Positions 21,758 to 30,760 of a DNA stretch of 64,000 nt are shown in pieces. The position numbers and the translations under genes were made by a program. Source of the DNA: Bacillota bacterium (GTDB taxonomy: Bacteria; Bacillota; Clostridia; Oscillospirales; Ruminococcaceae); assembly GCA_023433405.1 (NCBI GenBank), contig JAEZCT010000067.1:13478-77477 (forward strand), in the 5' to 3' direction. Below the pieces are notes generated by a model. That model made no database searches. It was not told the origin of the DNA and saw nothing but the letters and a program-made list of their open reading frames with translations. Numbering within the stretch: the first letter of the stretch is position 1; every line of letters begins with the position of its first letter.

Positions 21758-22100
21758 GAGTATCCCCGTACCCCCAGCACCAAAGTAGCCTTGTGTGGCA
21801 GGTGTGGGAAAAAAGGAAAAACTAAAGACTAGGGCGAAAAGCAAGGGCAAAATACGCGAGGCACCAGGATTTTGCCGAAGGTGCTTCGTCTCACAAACCG
21901 TGCTTCGTTTGCCCTTGTTTTGAGCTGGGTGCAGGGTGTCCCTGCTTCGCTTTTACTAAATTGCTTACTTTTCTCGAACAAGAAAAGTAAGCCGCCTGTC
22001 GGCGCGGGTGCCGACGTTCCAACAATTTTATGATGATTACCCAAAAGCCGACCAATTCACGAAGTTTATAAGGTCGGTTTTGAAAACTCCAATAAACCAT
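21758..22100 (+). repeat. Family B structured interspersed repeat, copy B1 (between hydS and the PP2C gene)
   Basis: It aligns along its whole length with 28834-29170 and with the reverse complement of 24887-25275. It contains hairpins CTTACTTTTCT/AGAAAAGTAAG, GTCGGC/GCCGAC and CAAGGGCAAA/TTTGCCCTTG. Confidence 0.85.
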
Positions 22101-22234
22101 AATTAGAAAATGATTTATGACAGTAATTTTATCTTGAGTGTTTTTGGTTTTTAAATCCATGAAAAATGAGTGTATATAGCGTGAATCAATCGGCACAGGA
22201 CGGATTATGGGGAAATGGAAGGGAGGAGGACGCA

Positions 22235-23419
22235 ATGCCCTACAGGCGGCAGCTGTTTATCGATGCTGCAAGCGACAGCCTAAACCACGCGGGTGAGGAA
22301 TTGTGCGGCGACAAGGTGGAGTTCTTTCGCGGCGAGGACTTTTTTCTCGCGGTGCTGGCGGACGGACTGGGCAGCGGGGTGAAGGCGAACATCCTTGCAA
22401 CCCTCACGAGCAAGATTATCGCCACCATGCTCTCGCAGGGGGCGACCATCGGCGAGGCGGTAGAGACCATTGCCAGCACACTGCCGGTATGCAGCGAGCG
22501 CGGCATTGCCTATTCCACCTTTACAATAGCCAACGTGCGCAGCGACGGCAGGGTATATCTTGCGGAGTTTGATAACCCCTCTCTCGTTCGCTACCACAAA
22601 GGCAAGCTGTGTTACATCGAGCGCGCGGAGCGGGAGATTGGCGGCAAGCATGTATTTGTAAGCGAGTTTTGCGCGGAGCCGGAGGATATGCTCATCATGT
22701 TCTCGGATGGTGTGGTACACGCCGGGGTTGGCAGGCTTTTGGATCTTGGCTGGCAGTACGAAAACATTGTCACCTATATCAGTGAAAACATTAAGCCGGA
22801 TATGTCCCCCCGCGAGCTGGTTCGCCGGCTGCTGTCGGCGGTAAATACCCTGTATATGGAGCGCCCGGGGGACGACTCTACCGTGTGCGCGCTGCTGTTA
22901 AAGCCCAAGCGTGTGGCGACGGTGATGGTCGGCCCACCCATTAACCGGGAGATGGACGAGACGATGGTCAAGCGCCTGATGTACTCGGATGGCCTTCGCG
23001 TGGTGTGCGGCGGCACCACCTCTCAGATACTAAGCCGTGTTACCGGCAAGGAGCTGCAGGTGAGCGTCGATTATGAGAATCCCGCCGTCCCTCCGACCGC
23101 GCGCATCTCGGGCGTGGATTTGGTTACCGAAGGGGTTTTAACCATCGGGCGGTGCATCGATATCATCCGCGGCATCAACACGGCGGGTCCGGATGGCTGG
23201 GATCGGGTCTCCATGTATAAAAAGGACGGCGCGGCACAGCTCTCCCGTCTGTTGCTCGAGGACTGTACCGAGATATGCTTTTTGGTAGGCCGCGCCATCA
23301 ATCCCGCGCACCAGAACCCGGGTATGCCGGTTTCGCTGGGGCTTAAGCTTAACCTTATCAAGGAGCTTGCGCAGGAGCTGAAAAAAACGGGCAAGGCTGT
23401 TAGTGTTGAGTATTTCTAG
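22235..23419 (+). CDS. SpoIIE/PP2C-family protein phosphatase with an uncharacterised C-terminal domain
   Basis: GEELCGD...LADGLGSGVKA...FSDGV are PP2C/SpoIIE motifs. The start is set at the ATG 5 nt after GGGAGGAGG, because the longer ORF-track N-terminus overlaps repeat-derived sequence. Confidence 0.8.
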   Translation: MPYRRQLFIDAASDSLNHAGEELCGDKVEFFRGEDFFLAVLADGLGSGVKANILATLTSKIIATMLSQGATIGEAVETIASTLPVCSERGIAYSTFTIANVRSDGRVYLAEFDNPSLVRYHKGKLCYIERAEREIGGKHVFVSEFCAEPEDMLIMFSDGVVHAGVGRLLDLGWQYENIVTYISENIKPDMSPRELVRRLLSAVNTLYMERPGDDSTVCALLLKPKRVATVMVGPPINREMDETMVKRLMYSDGLRVVCGGTTSQILSRVTGKELQVSVDYENPAVPPTARISGVDLVTEGVLTIGRCIDIIRGINTAGPDGWDRVSMYKKDGAAQLSRLLLEDCTEICFLVGRAINPAHQNPGMPVSLGLKLNLIKELAQELKKTGKAVSVEYF

Positions 23420-23512
23420 GCAATGCTTGCATTGCTGTAATGCTTGCATTGCTCTATTATAATGGACGGATAAAATGTCAACAATCGGAGAGAGCTATAA
23501 AGGGGTTAGTCT

Positions 23513-24115
23513 ATGAATAAATATGAGAAACGTTCTATTGAAGCTTACAATAAGAAAGCAAAAAATTATGAAGATACCTTTGATGGAAAATTTACCTCGA
23601 AATTTAAAACCATGCTCATTGAAACCGCGAAAATAAATACTGGAGATAATATTATAGATATTGCGTGCGGGAATGGAAGACTCCTCAATATGTTTAAAAG
23701 TAGATATGAAATCAAAGGTTTCGGAACAGATATCTCCAATGAAATGGTAAACCAAGCAAAACTGATGAACCCCTCAATGAATTTTTCAGTTGCAAGCTGT
23801 GAGGAGATACCTTTTCCAGACAATTCGTTCGATATAATTACAGTTTGCGCGGCTTACCACCATTTTCCGGATGTCGCTAAATTCGCAAGAGAGGCTTGCC
23901 GTGTGTTGAAGCAGGGTGGAACCATTTATATTGCCGAGGTATATTGTCACCCGGTTATACGAATTTTTTGCAATCCATTCCTCCCTTTGTTAAAGGAGGG
24001 TGACGTGAAGTTTTACTCGCCCTATGAAATTATAAATACATTAAGCAGCGCCGGGTTTATATCCCAGACTCACATAAAAAGAAATCATATTCAAATCGTA
24101 AGTGCCTGTAAGTAA
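23513..24115 (+). CDS. Class I SAM-dependent methyltransferase (in a low-GC cassette)
   Basis: Motif I DIACGNGRL and a Methyltransf_11-like layout. The local base composition is clearly more AT-rich than the flanks. Confidence 0.85.
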   Translation: MNKYEKRSIEAYNKKAKNYEDTFDGKFTSKFKTMLIETAKINTGDNIIDIACGNGRLLNMFKSRYEIKGFGTDISNEMVNQAKLMNPSMNFSVASCEEIPFPDNSFDIITVCAAYHHFPDVAKFAREACRVLKQGGTIYIAEVYCHPVIRIFCNPFLPLLKEGDVKFYSPYEIINTLSSAGFISQTHIKRNHIQIVSACK

Positions 24116-24175
24116 CCTAAGATGATAGTTTCGTGTATGTTTATAAAAGTACCCAGAGAAAAACCAAGTCTGATG

Positions 24176-24245
24176 CTCAAGGACTGCAACGGGAGATGCG
24201 TTTTGGTAGGCCGCGCCATCAACCCCGCGCCAAAATCCGGGTTAT
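24176..24245 (+). pseudogene. Relic fragment homologous to the 3' part of the PP2C gene
   Basis: A ~70 nt imperfect copy of 23255-23325. It translates to LKDCNGRCVLVGRAINPA, versus LEDCTEICFLVGRAINPA in the intact gene. No complete ORF surrounds it. Confidence 0.5.
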
Positions 24246-24429
24246 CCATTTATGAAGCATACCAATATTTCATCGCAACGGGTTGCACACGGCATGAAAT
24301 TAGCAATGCAGTATGAGGATGAAAAAAGCCAACTAACGACTGTATACGCGATTACCAAAGAGGAATACAACAGCATACCCAAGCACTGAGCAAATTTTGC
24401 GTTCCATTTATGATAGGAGGATTACCGTT

Positions 24430-24852
24430 ATGGATGAGCTGAAAATCAAAATGAGTGCTTTTACGCTGGACTGCATCGACCACCATGAGCTGGCGAAGTT
24501 CTATGCAAAGCTGCTTAACTGGGAGGTGCCGTTCTATGACGAAGACTATGCGGTCGTATGTGCTCCGGGGGCAAGCCAGGCAGCGTATCCCGGGATAACG
24601 CTCCAGCGAAACCCCGGGTATCAGCCTCCTGTGTGGCCGGAGGAGCCTCGCGCGCAGCAGCAAATGGCGCATCTCGACTTGGCGGTGAATGATTTGGGAA
24701 AAGCGGTTGAATACGCAATCCTTTGCGGGGCGCGAGTTTCAGATAAGCAATTTTCTGATAGCTGGACAGTGATGCTTGACCCCGCCGGGCACCCTTTTTG
24801 CTTATGTCTGCTGCAGCATGTGTTTGATAGCCCCGATTTTGCGCTGCGATAG
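24430..24852 (+). CDS. VOC/glyoxalase-family protein
   Basis: Glyoxalase-like fold sequence (FTLDCIDHHELAKFY...HLDLAVNDL...DPAGHPFCL). AGGAGG lies upstream of the trimmed start. Confidence 0.8.
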   Translation: MDELKIKMSAFTLDCIDHHELAKFYAKLLNWEVPFYDEDYAVVCAPGASQAAYPGITLQRNPGYQPPVWPEEPRAQQQMAHLDLAVNDLGKAVEYAILCGARVSDKQFSDSWTVMLDPAGHPFCLCLLQHVFDSPDFALR

Positions 24853-24886
24853 ATTTTCGTTTATATTAATAACCGATTTATTTAGG

Positions 24887-25275
24887 CGGCTTTTAGTTAA
24901 TCATCATCAAATTGATGGAACGTCGGCTCCCGCGCCGACAGGCGGCTTACTTTTCTTGTTCGAGAAAAGTAAGCAATTTAGAAAAAGCGAAGCAGGGACA
25001 CCCTGCACCCAGCTCAAAGCAAGGGCAAACGGAGCATAGCTTGTGAGACGAAGCACCTACGGCGCAAGCGCGTAAAGCTAAGTGGAGTAGCTGCGTTACG
25101 CGCTTGCGAAAATGATAAAGAATTTTTCCGAAAATTATTTATCATTTTTACCCTTCGGCAAAATCCTGATGCCCCCCGTATTTTGCCCTTGCTTTTCGCC
25201 CTGGTCTTTAGTTTTTCCTTTTTTCCCACACCTGCCACACAAGGCTACTTTGGTGCTGGGGTACGGGAGATATCC
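24887..25275 (-). repeat. Family B structured interspersed repeat, copy B2 (inverted, with a 94-bp internal insertion at 25058-25151)
   Basis: Its reverse complement aligns with B1 and B3. The extra segment interrupts the CGAAG/CTTCG hairpin loop. Confidence 0.85.
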
Positions 25276-25300
25276 GATTAATATGGCAAGTTAATTGCTT

Positions 25301-25437
25301 AATAATAATTGCCGATTTAAAAGTGTAATACTAATCTCCTCAAAAAGAGTCGATAAAAACCCGCGCGAAAAGCTTTGGTTAATGGCTTTTCACGCGGGTT
25401 TTATTTTAACTGCTATACTTTGTGAGGGAGTTAGTAT
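25301..25437. repeat. Family A palindromic interspersed repeat, copy A2 (with an extra partial arm)
   Basis: atactaatctcctcaaaaagagtcgataaaaacccgcg...cgcgggttttatt...gagggagttagtat, preceded by a solo arm fragment ttgccgatttaaaagtgta. Confidence 0.8.
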
Positions 25438-25464
25438 TATACGACAGTGCCATTGAACCGACCG

Positions 25465-26499
25465 TTACCCGGCCCCAGAAGAGGCATCGGTCGGCGACTG
25501 CCCCGTTACCGGCTGGGAGGAGGGCTCCTGCTCAAGAGTAATCCCCGGGTAAAGCTCCTGTGAGATGCGCTCCAGCTCTTCCGCTACGCGAAGACTTTGC
25601 CGCTCGAAAACAATGTTGTTTACGGTGTAAAGACGGTCGTTTTTCACCGCCGAAAGCCCGCCCAGGGTCTTGCTCTTTTTCAGTGCCTCCAAATCCACAT
25701 CGCTGCCTAAGAGCAGAACATATGGCTTTGCCTCGGCAGTTTTTTCGGCGGGAAACTGCCAGTTTACGCCCCCCGAGGCGACGTTATCAAGACCAAGAAC
25801 CGCCAAAAGCTTCCCCGGGTAGGTATCGGGCGTAGCGGCAATAGAGACAGTGTCAATCAGGTACGCGGCCGTATGGGCTTGGGCGTCCTCCTTGGTGGCG
25901 ACGTAGGCCTCTATGGATTTTGTCAGGCGGTCAAGACGGGCGATAAACCTTGCTTTGTATTGCTCACCAAGCTCCACCCCCGCTTCCGCCCCCTCCATCA
26001 GCCTGCAAATCTTTGCGTACAGCTCGCCGGTAGAGGCGACGTCATACGCGCGCGCAATGGTCACGATGGCGGCGCCCGTCTGCTGCAGCTTAATCATCGC
26101 CTCGTTGGTGGGGGGCGCCTGCATTACAATTAAATCCGGCGCAAGCTCGGCAATCTTTTTGGTATCCAGCATCATAGGGGTTCCCACCGTGGGCAGGGAG
26201 TTCACCGATTCTGGGGTGTCGCAGTAATCGGTGCGCCCCACCAGTCGGCTCTCAAAACCCAGCTCGCAGAATATTTCGGTCAGCGAGGGCGAAAGTGAAA
26301 CCACGCGCTGGGGCTTTGCCTCTATATACACATTATCAAAATCCAGCGGATAGTTGATATCCACCGGCTCACTGGACTGTACGGAGGACGGTTGGGAGCT
26401 TGCCGCGCCGGGACCTAGCACCGAGCAGCCCGCAAGCGCCGTCATACACAGCACAAGTATGGCAGCCGCGCCTTTTCTTATCACATGCTTTTTTTTCAT
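25465..26499 (-). CDS. ABC transporter substrate-binding lipoprotein (siderophore/cobalamin-type periplasmic binding fold)
   Basis: Lipobox LAGCSV after a signal peptide and a PBP type-8-like sequence. The start is trimmed to MKKKHVI. Confidence 0.75.
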   Translation of the reverse strand: MKKKHVIRKGAAAILVLCMTALAGCSVLGPGAASSQPSSVQSSEPVDINYPLDFDNVYIEAKPQRVVSLSPSLTEIFCELGFESRLVGRTDYCDTPESVNSLPTVGTPMMLDTKKIAELAPDLIVMQAPPTNEAMIKLQQTGAAIVTIARAYDVASTGELYAKICRLMEGAEAGVELGEQYKARFIARLDRLTKSIEAYVATKEDAQAHTAAYLIDTVSIAATPDTYPGKLLAVLGLDNVASGGVNWQFPAEKTAEAKPYVLLLGSDVDLEALKKSKTLGGLSAVKNDRLYTVNNIVFERQSLRVAEELERISQELYPGITLEQEPSSQPVTGQSPTDASSGAG

Positions 26500-26616
26500 T
26501 TTCGTACCGGTTCCTTTCCGGCGCGCGGTTAGGGCGCGCGGTAATGCCAACTTCTATTGTACCGCCTGCGGCGAAGCGTTGTCAAACGGCAGAAGATATT
26601 CCCAACATATCGTCGG

Positions 26617-27942
26617 TTACCGCGCCTTTACGCCTTTTGCCTTCGGGCTCCTTTTCAGCTTTGAGGTGAACAGCTTGTCGGAGGAGAATACCCGAACCGC
26701 CAAGAACATGGAGATTACAAGGCAAAGGAGCTGATATCCCACGCCGAAGGCCACCAGCGCGTAGTTTTTAAAGACGATAGCCGAGGTGGCAATAAAGGTG
26801 TGGGTAAAGGGGATAATGTACAGCGCAGCCCGCAGCACTATGGGCAGCGAGGGGATATCGGTAAACATCGAGATCAGGTAAGGCGCAAGCACACAGAACA
26901 TGATGGGGGTAACGGCGGTCTGCACCTCTTTGATATCCTGTGCCATAGCTCCCAGCATGGTGGAGATGGAAAGGGCTATGAGGATAGTAATAAACAGCTC
27001 AAGCCCTACGATTAAAAACTGTAAGGGGGAAAGGGACAGCCCCAGTGAGGATAATGCAGAGGCGATTCCGCCGGTTGAGAGCTGCTCGGCCTCCGGCGCG
27101 CCCGTGCTCATGCTGCCTATCCCGCCCATCATGCCCCCCATATAGCTTGAGAAGCCGAACAGGAACACCAGCGACATAATCAGCGAACCGATACCCGCTG
27201 CGGTCATCTTGGCAAACAGCACCGACAGGCGCGAAACGGGGGTGGAAAGCAGGGTTTCCAAGGTTTTATCGCCCTTTTCGTTCGCGATGGCGGTGGCGGT
27301 CATCTGCGACGCCATCATGACAATCATAAAGATAATAATGGGAACAAAGATGGTTTGCGACATGGCAATGGATTGAACGGCCGAGGAGTTGACCTGTGCG
27401 TTTTTATCGTTTACATGGGTGTATTCGTACAGAGTCACGGGCTTTTCCAATAATGCGGTATCGGTAATGCCGCTTTTGGCAAACAGGTCGGCCTTCACCA
27501 GCTCGCCGATTTCGTCTGCGGCATTCTGCACCTGCGAGGAGGTCATAACCGCCAGGACGGAAAAGGATTTGAGGCGCGAGTGGAGGGATAATACCGGCGC
27601 TTTGCCGTCTGCCAGGCTTTGGGCAAACCCTTCTTCAATAACCAGCACCGTGTCGCTGCCTGCCGCCTCGGCCGCGGTAAACGCGCTGTCTCCCGCGTTG
27701 GCTATAAGATTGAGTTCATACCCGCTTTCGGTAAGCCGGTCGAGCATGTTGCTTGAAGCATCGGTCCGGTCAAGGTCGCATATGGTTACCTGACGCTGTT
27801 TTTCCGCCGCAGACTGGGTTGCGTCACCAATAAACTGCCCGAGCGTGGAGAAAATGACAACCATAATTACCATAGGCAGCAGGTTTTGCAGGGTGAGCAT
27901 GTCGCGAAGCTCTTTCCTCAGCAGAATTCCAAAATGGTTCAT
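26617..27942 (-). CDS. ABC-2 type transporter permease
   Basis: One N-terminal TM, a large extracytoplasmic loop and a C-terminal multi-TM block. The start overlaps the ATPase stop codon by 4 nt. Confidence 0.8.
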   Translation of the reverse strand: MNHFGILLRKELRDMLTLQNLLPMVIMVVIFSTLGQFIGDATQSAAEKQRQVTICDLDRTDASSNMLDRLTESGYELNLIANAGDSAFTAAEAAGSDTVLVIEEGFAQSLADGKAPVLSLHSRLKSFSVLAVMTSSQVQNAADEIGELVKADLFAKSGITDTALLEKPVTLYEYTHVNDKNAQVNSSAVQSIAMSQTIFVPIIIFMIVMMASQMTATAIANEKGDKTLETLLSTPVSRLSVLFAKMTAAGIGSLIMSLVFLFGFSSYMGGMMGGIGSMSTGAPEAEQLSTGGIASALSSLGLSLSPLQFLIVGLELFITILIALSISTMLGAMAQDIKEVQTAVTPIMFCVLAPYLISMFTDIPSLPIVLRAALYIIPFTHTFIATSAIVFKNYALVAFGVGYQLLCLVISMFLAVRVFSSDKLFTSKLKRSPKAKGVKAR

Positions 27943-28679
27943 GCGCGGTTCACCGCCCTTTCAAACACCTCTTCCAGATTTTGCGCACCGTATTTTTCCT
28001 TTAGCTCCTCCGGTCTGCCGCACTCCAACAGTACCCCGTCGTTGATGATGCCCACCCGGGAGGAGATAAACTCAATCTCCAGCATATTATGGGAGGTGAC
28101 GAGAATGGACATGCCCTCATCCGCCAGGGCTTTTAACATGCGGCGAATCTCCAGCGCGTTGATAATATCCAGCCCGCTGGTGGGCTCGTCCAAAATAGCG
28201 AGCCTTGGGTTTGACATGACGGCGCGGGAAAGCAGCAGCTTGCGTATCATGCCCCGGCTGTAGGTGTTTATTTTATCCTGCAGCCGCTCGCCCAGCCCGC
28301 AGATTTCTACGGCGCGGGCGGTCATCGCGTCCCGCTCTGCCCGGGTTTTGGCAAACAGCGCGGCCATAAAGCTTAAGTACCGCGAGCCCGTCATACTTTT
28401 GTAAGCACCCGCCTCATCGGGCAGGTAGGTGATGTCACGGCGAACCTCAGCCGGGTTACTGGTTACGCTGACGCCGTTTATCCGCGCATCGCCGGAGGAA
28501 GGGGTAATAAGCGTGGCAATGACGCGGATGGTGGAGGTTTTGCCCGCGCCGTTGGGGCCGATCAGGGCAAAAATTTCACCCTGCCCCACCGAAAAGCTTA
28601 CCCCCTTAACCGCTTGCTTTTTCCCATAGTTTTTACACAGGTTGTCCACAACAAGGGTGTCGGACATAATTGTCATCAT
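27939..28679 (-). CDS. ABC transporter ATP-binding protein
   Basis: Walker A GPNGAGKTS, signature YSRGMIRKL and Walker B ILDEPTSGLD. Confidence 0.9.
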   Translation of the reverse strand: MMTIMSDTLVVDNLCKNYGKKQAVKGVSFSVGQGEIFALIGPNGAGKTSTIRVIATLITPSSGDARINGVSVTSNPAEVRRDITYLPDEAGAYKSMTGSRYLSFMAALFAKTRAERDAMTARAVEICGLGERLQDKINTYSRGMIRKLLLSRAVMSNPRLAILDEPTSGLDIINALEIRRMLKALADEGMSILVTSHNMLEIEFISSRVGIINDGVLLECGRPEELKEKYGAQNLEEVFERAVNRA

Positions 28680-28833
28680 TCCTTTCTTAGGTCCGGCAGA
28701 TAAGCCGGATGGAGGAAAATTTACATTTTGTCGCTTGACTGCGCTGCTTACAGGTTATACTATAATGTGTGTTCGCGCAATGAAATTATTGCCTGTTTCT
28801 GTCGTTTATTTTTTACTGGTGTATACGATAATC

Positions 28834-29170
28834 GAGTATACCCCGTAACCTCAGCACCAAAATAGCCTTGTGTGGCTGGTGTGAGAAAAAAGGAAGAACT
28901 ACAGACCAGGGCGAAAAGCAAGGGCAAAATACGGGGAGCAACAGGATTTTGCCGAAGGTGCTTTGTCGAAAAAGCTTTACTTCGTTTGTCCTTTCTTTGA
29001 GTTGGGTGCAGGGTGTTCCTGCTTCGCTTTTGCTTACTTTTCTCGAACAAGAAAAGTAAGCCGCTTGTCGGCGCGGGAGCCGACGTTCCTACAACTTGAT
29101 GATAGTTCCCTAAAAGCCGACCGATTCACGAAGTTTATAAGGTGGGTTTTTGGAAACTCCGGTAAACCAT
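28834..29170 (+). repeat. Family B structured interspersed repeat, copy B3 (between divergent ABC ATPase genes)
   Basis: Collinear with B1 from gagtata(c)cccgta to aaaccat. Indels relative to B1 break every ORF. Confidence 0.85.
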
Positions 29171-29353
29171 ACAGCAGTCGCGACAGACAAAGGGCTTATA
29201 CGATGATATTATAGCATGCTTAACGCTACAAATTAAGTATTTGCTGTTAATAATTTGGCCTGAATTTTATCCGGGAAAGCAGGGAGCCGGAAGCAGCCCC
29301 TCATGGAGCTTCGGGCGGTTCTGCGCAAAAACAGAGAGGGAAAAGGACGCGTT

Positions 29354-30061
29354 ATGGAGACAGAAAGGCTGATTGAAATCAGGGATGTGTACAAGATATA
29401 CAATCCCGGAGAAAACGAGGTGCGCGCGCTTGACGGCGTGAATCTCACCATCCACACCGGCGAGTTTGTCGCGATTATCGGGCAATCGGGCTCGGGCAAA
29501 AGCACGCTGATGAATATGCTGGGATGCTTGGACGTACCCTCCTCCGGGGAGTACTTTCTGGCGGGCAAGGATGTATCCAAAATGACTGACGATGAGCTGT
29601 CCGACATCCGAAACGAGCAGATCGGCTTTATCTTCCAGGGCTTTAACCTCATCCAAAGCCTTGACGCCATGGAGAACGTCGAGCTGCCGTTAATCTACCG
29701 CGGGCTGTCAAAGGATGACCGCCACAGGGTTTCGCAGGACTCACTGGGGCGTGTGGGGCTGTTAAACCGTATGCACCACAAGCCCACCCAGCTTTCCGGC
29801 GGCCAGCAGCAGCGTGTGGCAATAGCCCGCGCCATTGCGGCGCGCCCGCCCATTATTCTTGCCGACGAGCCTACCGGCAACCTCGACTCCAAGTCCGGCG
29901 TAGATGTAATGCGTATCCTGCGGGAGCTGCACGCCGAGGGTCGCACCATTATCCTGATCACACATGACAACAAGATTGCGGACACCGCAGAGCGCATTGT
30001 ACGCATTATGGACGGCAAAATAAGCGAGGATTTTAGAAACGAAAACTACGTTGCGAACTGA
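29354..30061 (+). CDS. ABC transporter ATP-binding protein (MacB/LolD-like), with no adjacent permease
   Basis: Walker [24 protein letters not shown] and [11 protein letters not shown]. The start is trimmed to METERLIEI. Confidence 0.9.
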   Translation: METERLIEIRDVYKIYNPGENEVRALDGVNLTIHTGEFVAIIGQSGSGKSTLMNMLGCLDVPSSGEYFLAGKDVSKMTDDELSDIRNEQIGFIFQGFNLIQSLDAMENVELPLIYRGLSKDDRHRVSQDSLGRVGLLNRMHHKPTQLSGGQQQRVAIARAIAARPPIILADEPTGNLDSKSGVDVMRILRELHAEGRTIILITHDNKIADTAERIVRIMDGKISEDFRNENYVAN

Positions 30062-30208
30062 TTGCCACAGCCGCGTTCACAAGGCAAAACCTCCCCTTAT
30101 CCTATTATTTTATTAAAAGTAAAGGGAAAAAGGGGCTTTAGTCTTGCATGGATGCATTCACGCAAAACGGTGAAAATGAAATTAGCAAAAACCAGTATAA
30201 AACCCCTA

Positions 30209-30730
30209 TTAAACGGGGAAGAATATTTTAACAAGAAGGGTACTCATAATAAAGCCGGCACAGTCTCCTGCCAGCGCGCATCCCACGGTATAGCGCGTCT
30301 TGCTAATGTTGGCGGCACCAAAGTAAACGGCAATGGTGTAAAAGGTGGTTTCCGTAGAGCCCATCATCACGCTTGCCACCCGTCCCGCCAAGCTGTCGGG
30401 GCCGTTGCTTTTTAAAATATCCTGTACAATCGCAAGCGCCCCGCTGCCTGAGATGGGGCGAAGCAGCACAAGGGGGACCACCTCCTTAGGCATACCCAGC
30501 AGGTTTGCCCCGGGCTCGGCGGCGTTTGTCAGCACATCCAGCGCGCCGCTTGCGCGGAACATTCCGATTGCGGTAAATATGGCTATTAGTGCAGGCAGGA
30601 TATTGATGGTAGTCTCCACCCCCTCCTTGGCGCCTTTTACAAACTCGCCGAACACATCCACCTCCCGATAGATGCCAAACAGAAAGATAGCCGCAATGGT
30701 TACAGGGATTACGAGTGCGGTTAGGTTCAT
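30209..30730 (-). CDS. spmB: Spore maturation protein B (nucleoside-recognition domain)
   Basis: Membrane protein of SpmB type, directly downstream of spmA. Confidence 0.8.
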   Translation of the reverse strand: MNLTALVIPVTIAAIFLFGIYREVDVFGEFVKGAKEGVETTINILPALIAIFTAIGMFRASGALDVLTNAAEPGANLLGMPKEVVPLVLLRPISGSGALAIVQDILKSNGPDSLAGRVASVMMGSTETTFYTIAVYFGAANISKTRYTVGCALAGDCAGFIMSTLLVKIFFPV

Positions 30731-30760
30731 AGGCGCCGCCTTTCATTTATCACATGAGGC

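Noticed and set aside
21829-22044. Small ORFs embedded in the Family B repeats (21829-22044 minus, 24776-25039 plus, 28760-29050 minus). They share the peptide GTSAPAPTGGLLFLFEKSKQF.
   Set aside because: Indels between copies shift the frame, so B3 reads FEKSKQKRSRNTLHP instead. No RBS is present. The conserved features are paired stems rather than codons. The similarity at peptide level simply reflects DNA repetition.
29354-30061. The MacB-type ABC ATPase without a neighbouring permease as a possible novel stand-alone system.
   Set aside because: Orphan ATPase genes of this class are common, and a partner may be encoded elsewhere. Nothing in the sequence itself is unusual apart from Family B copy B3 lying upstream, which is covered in the findings.
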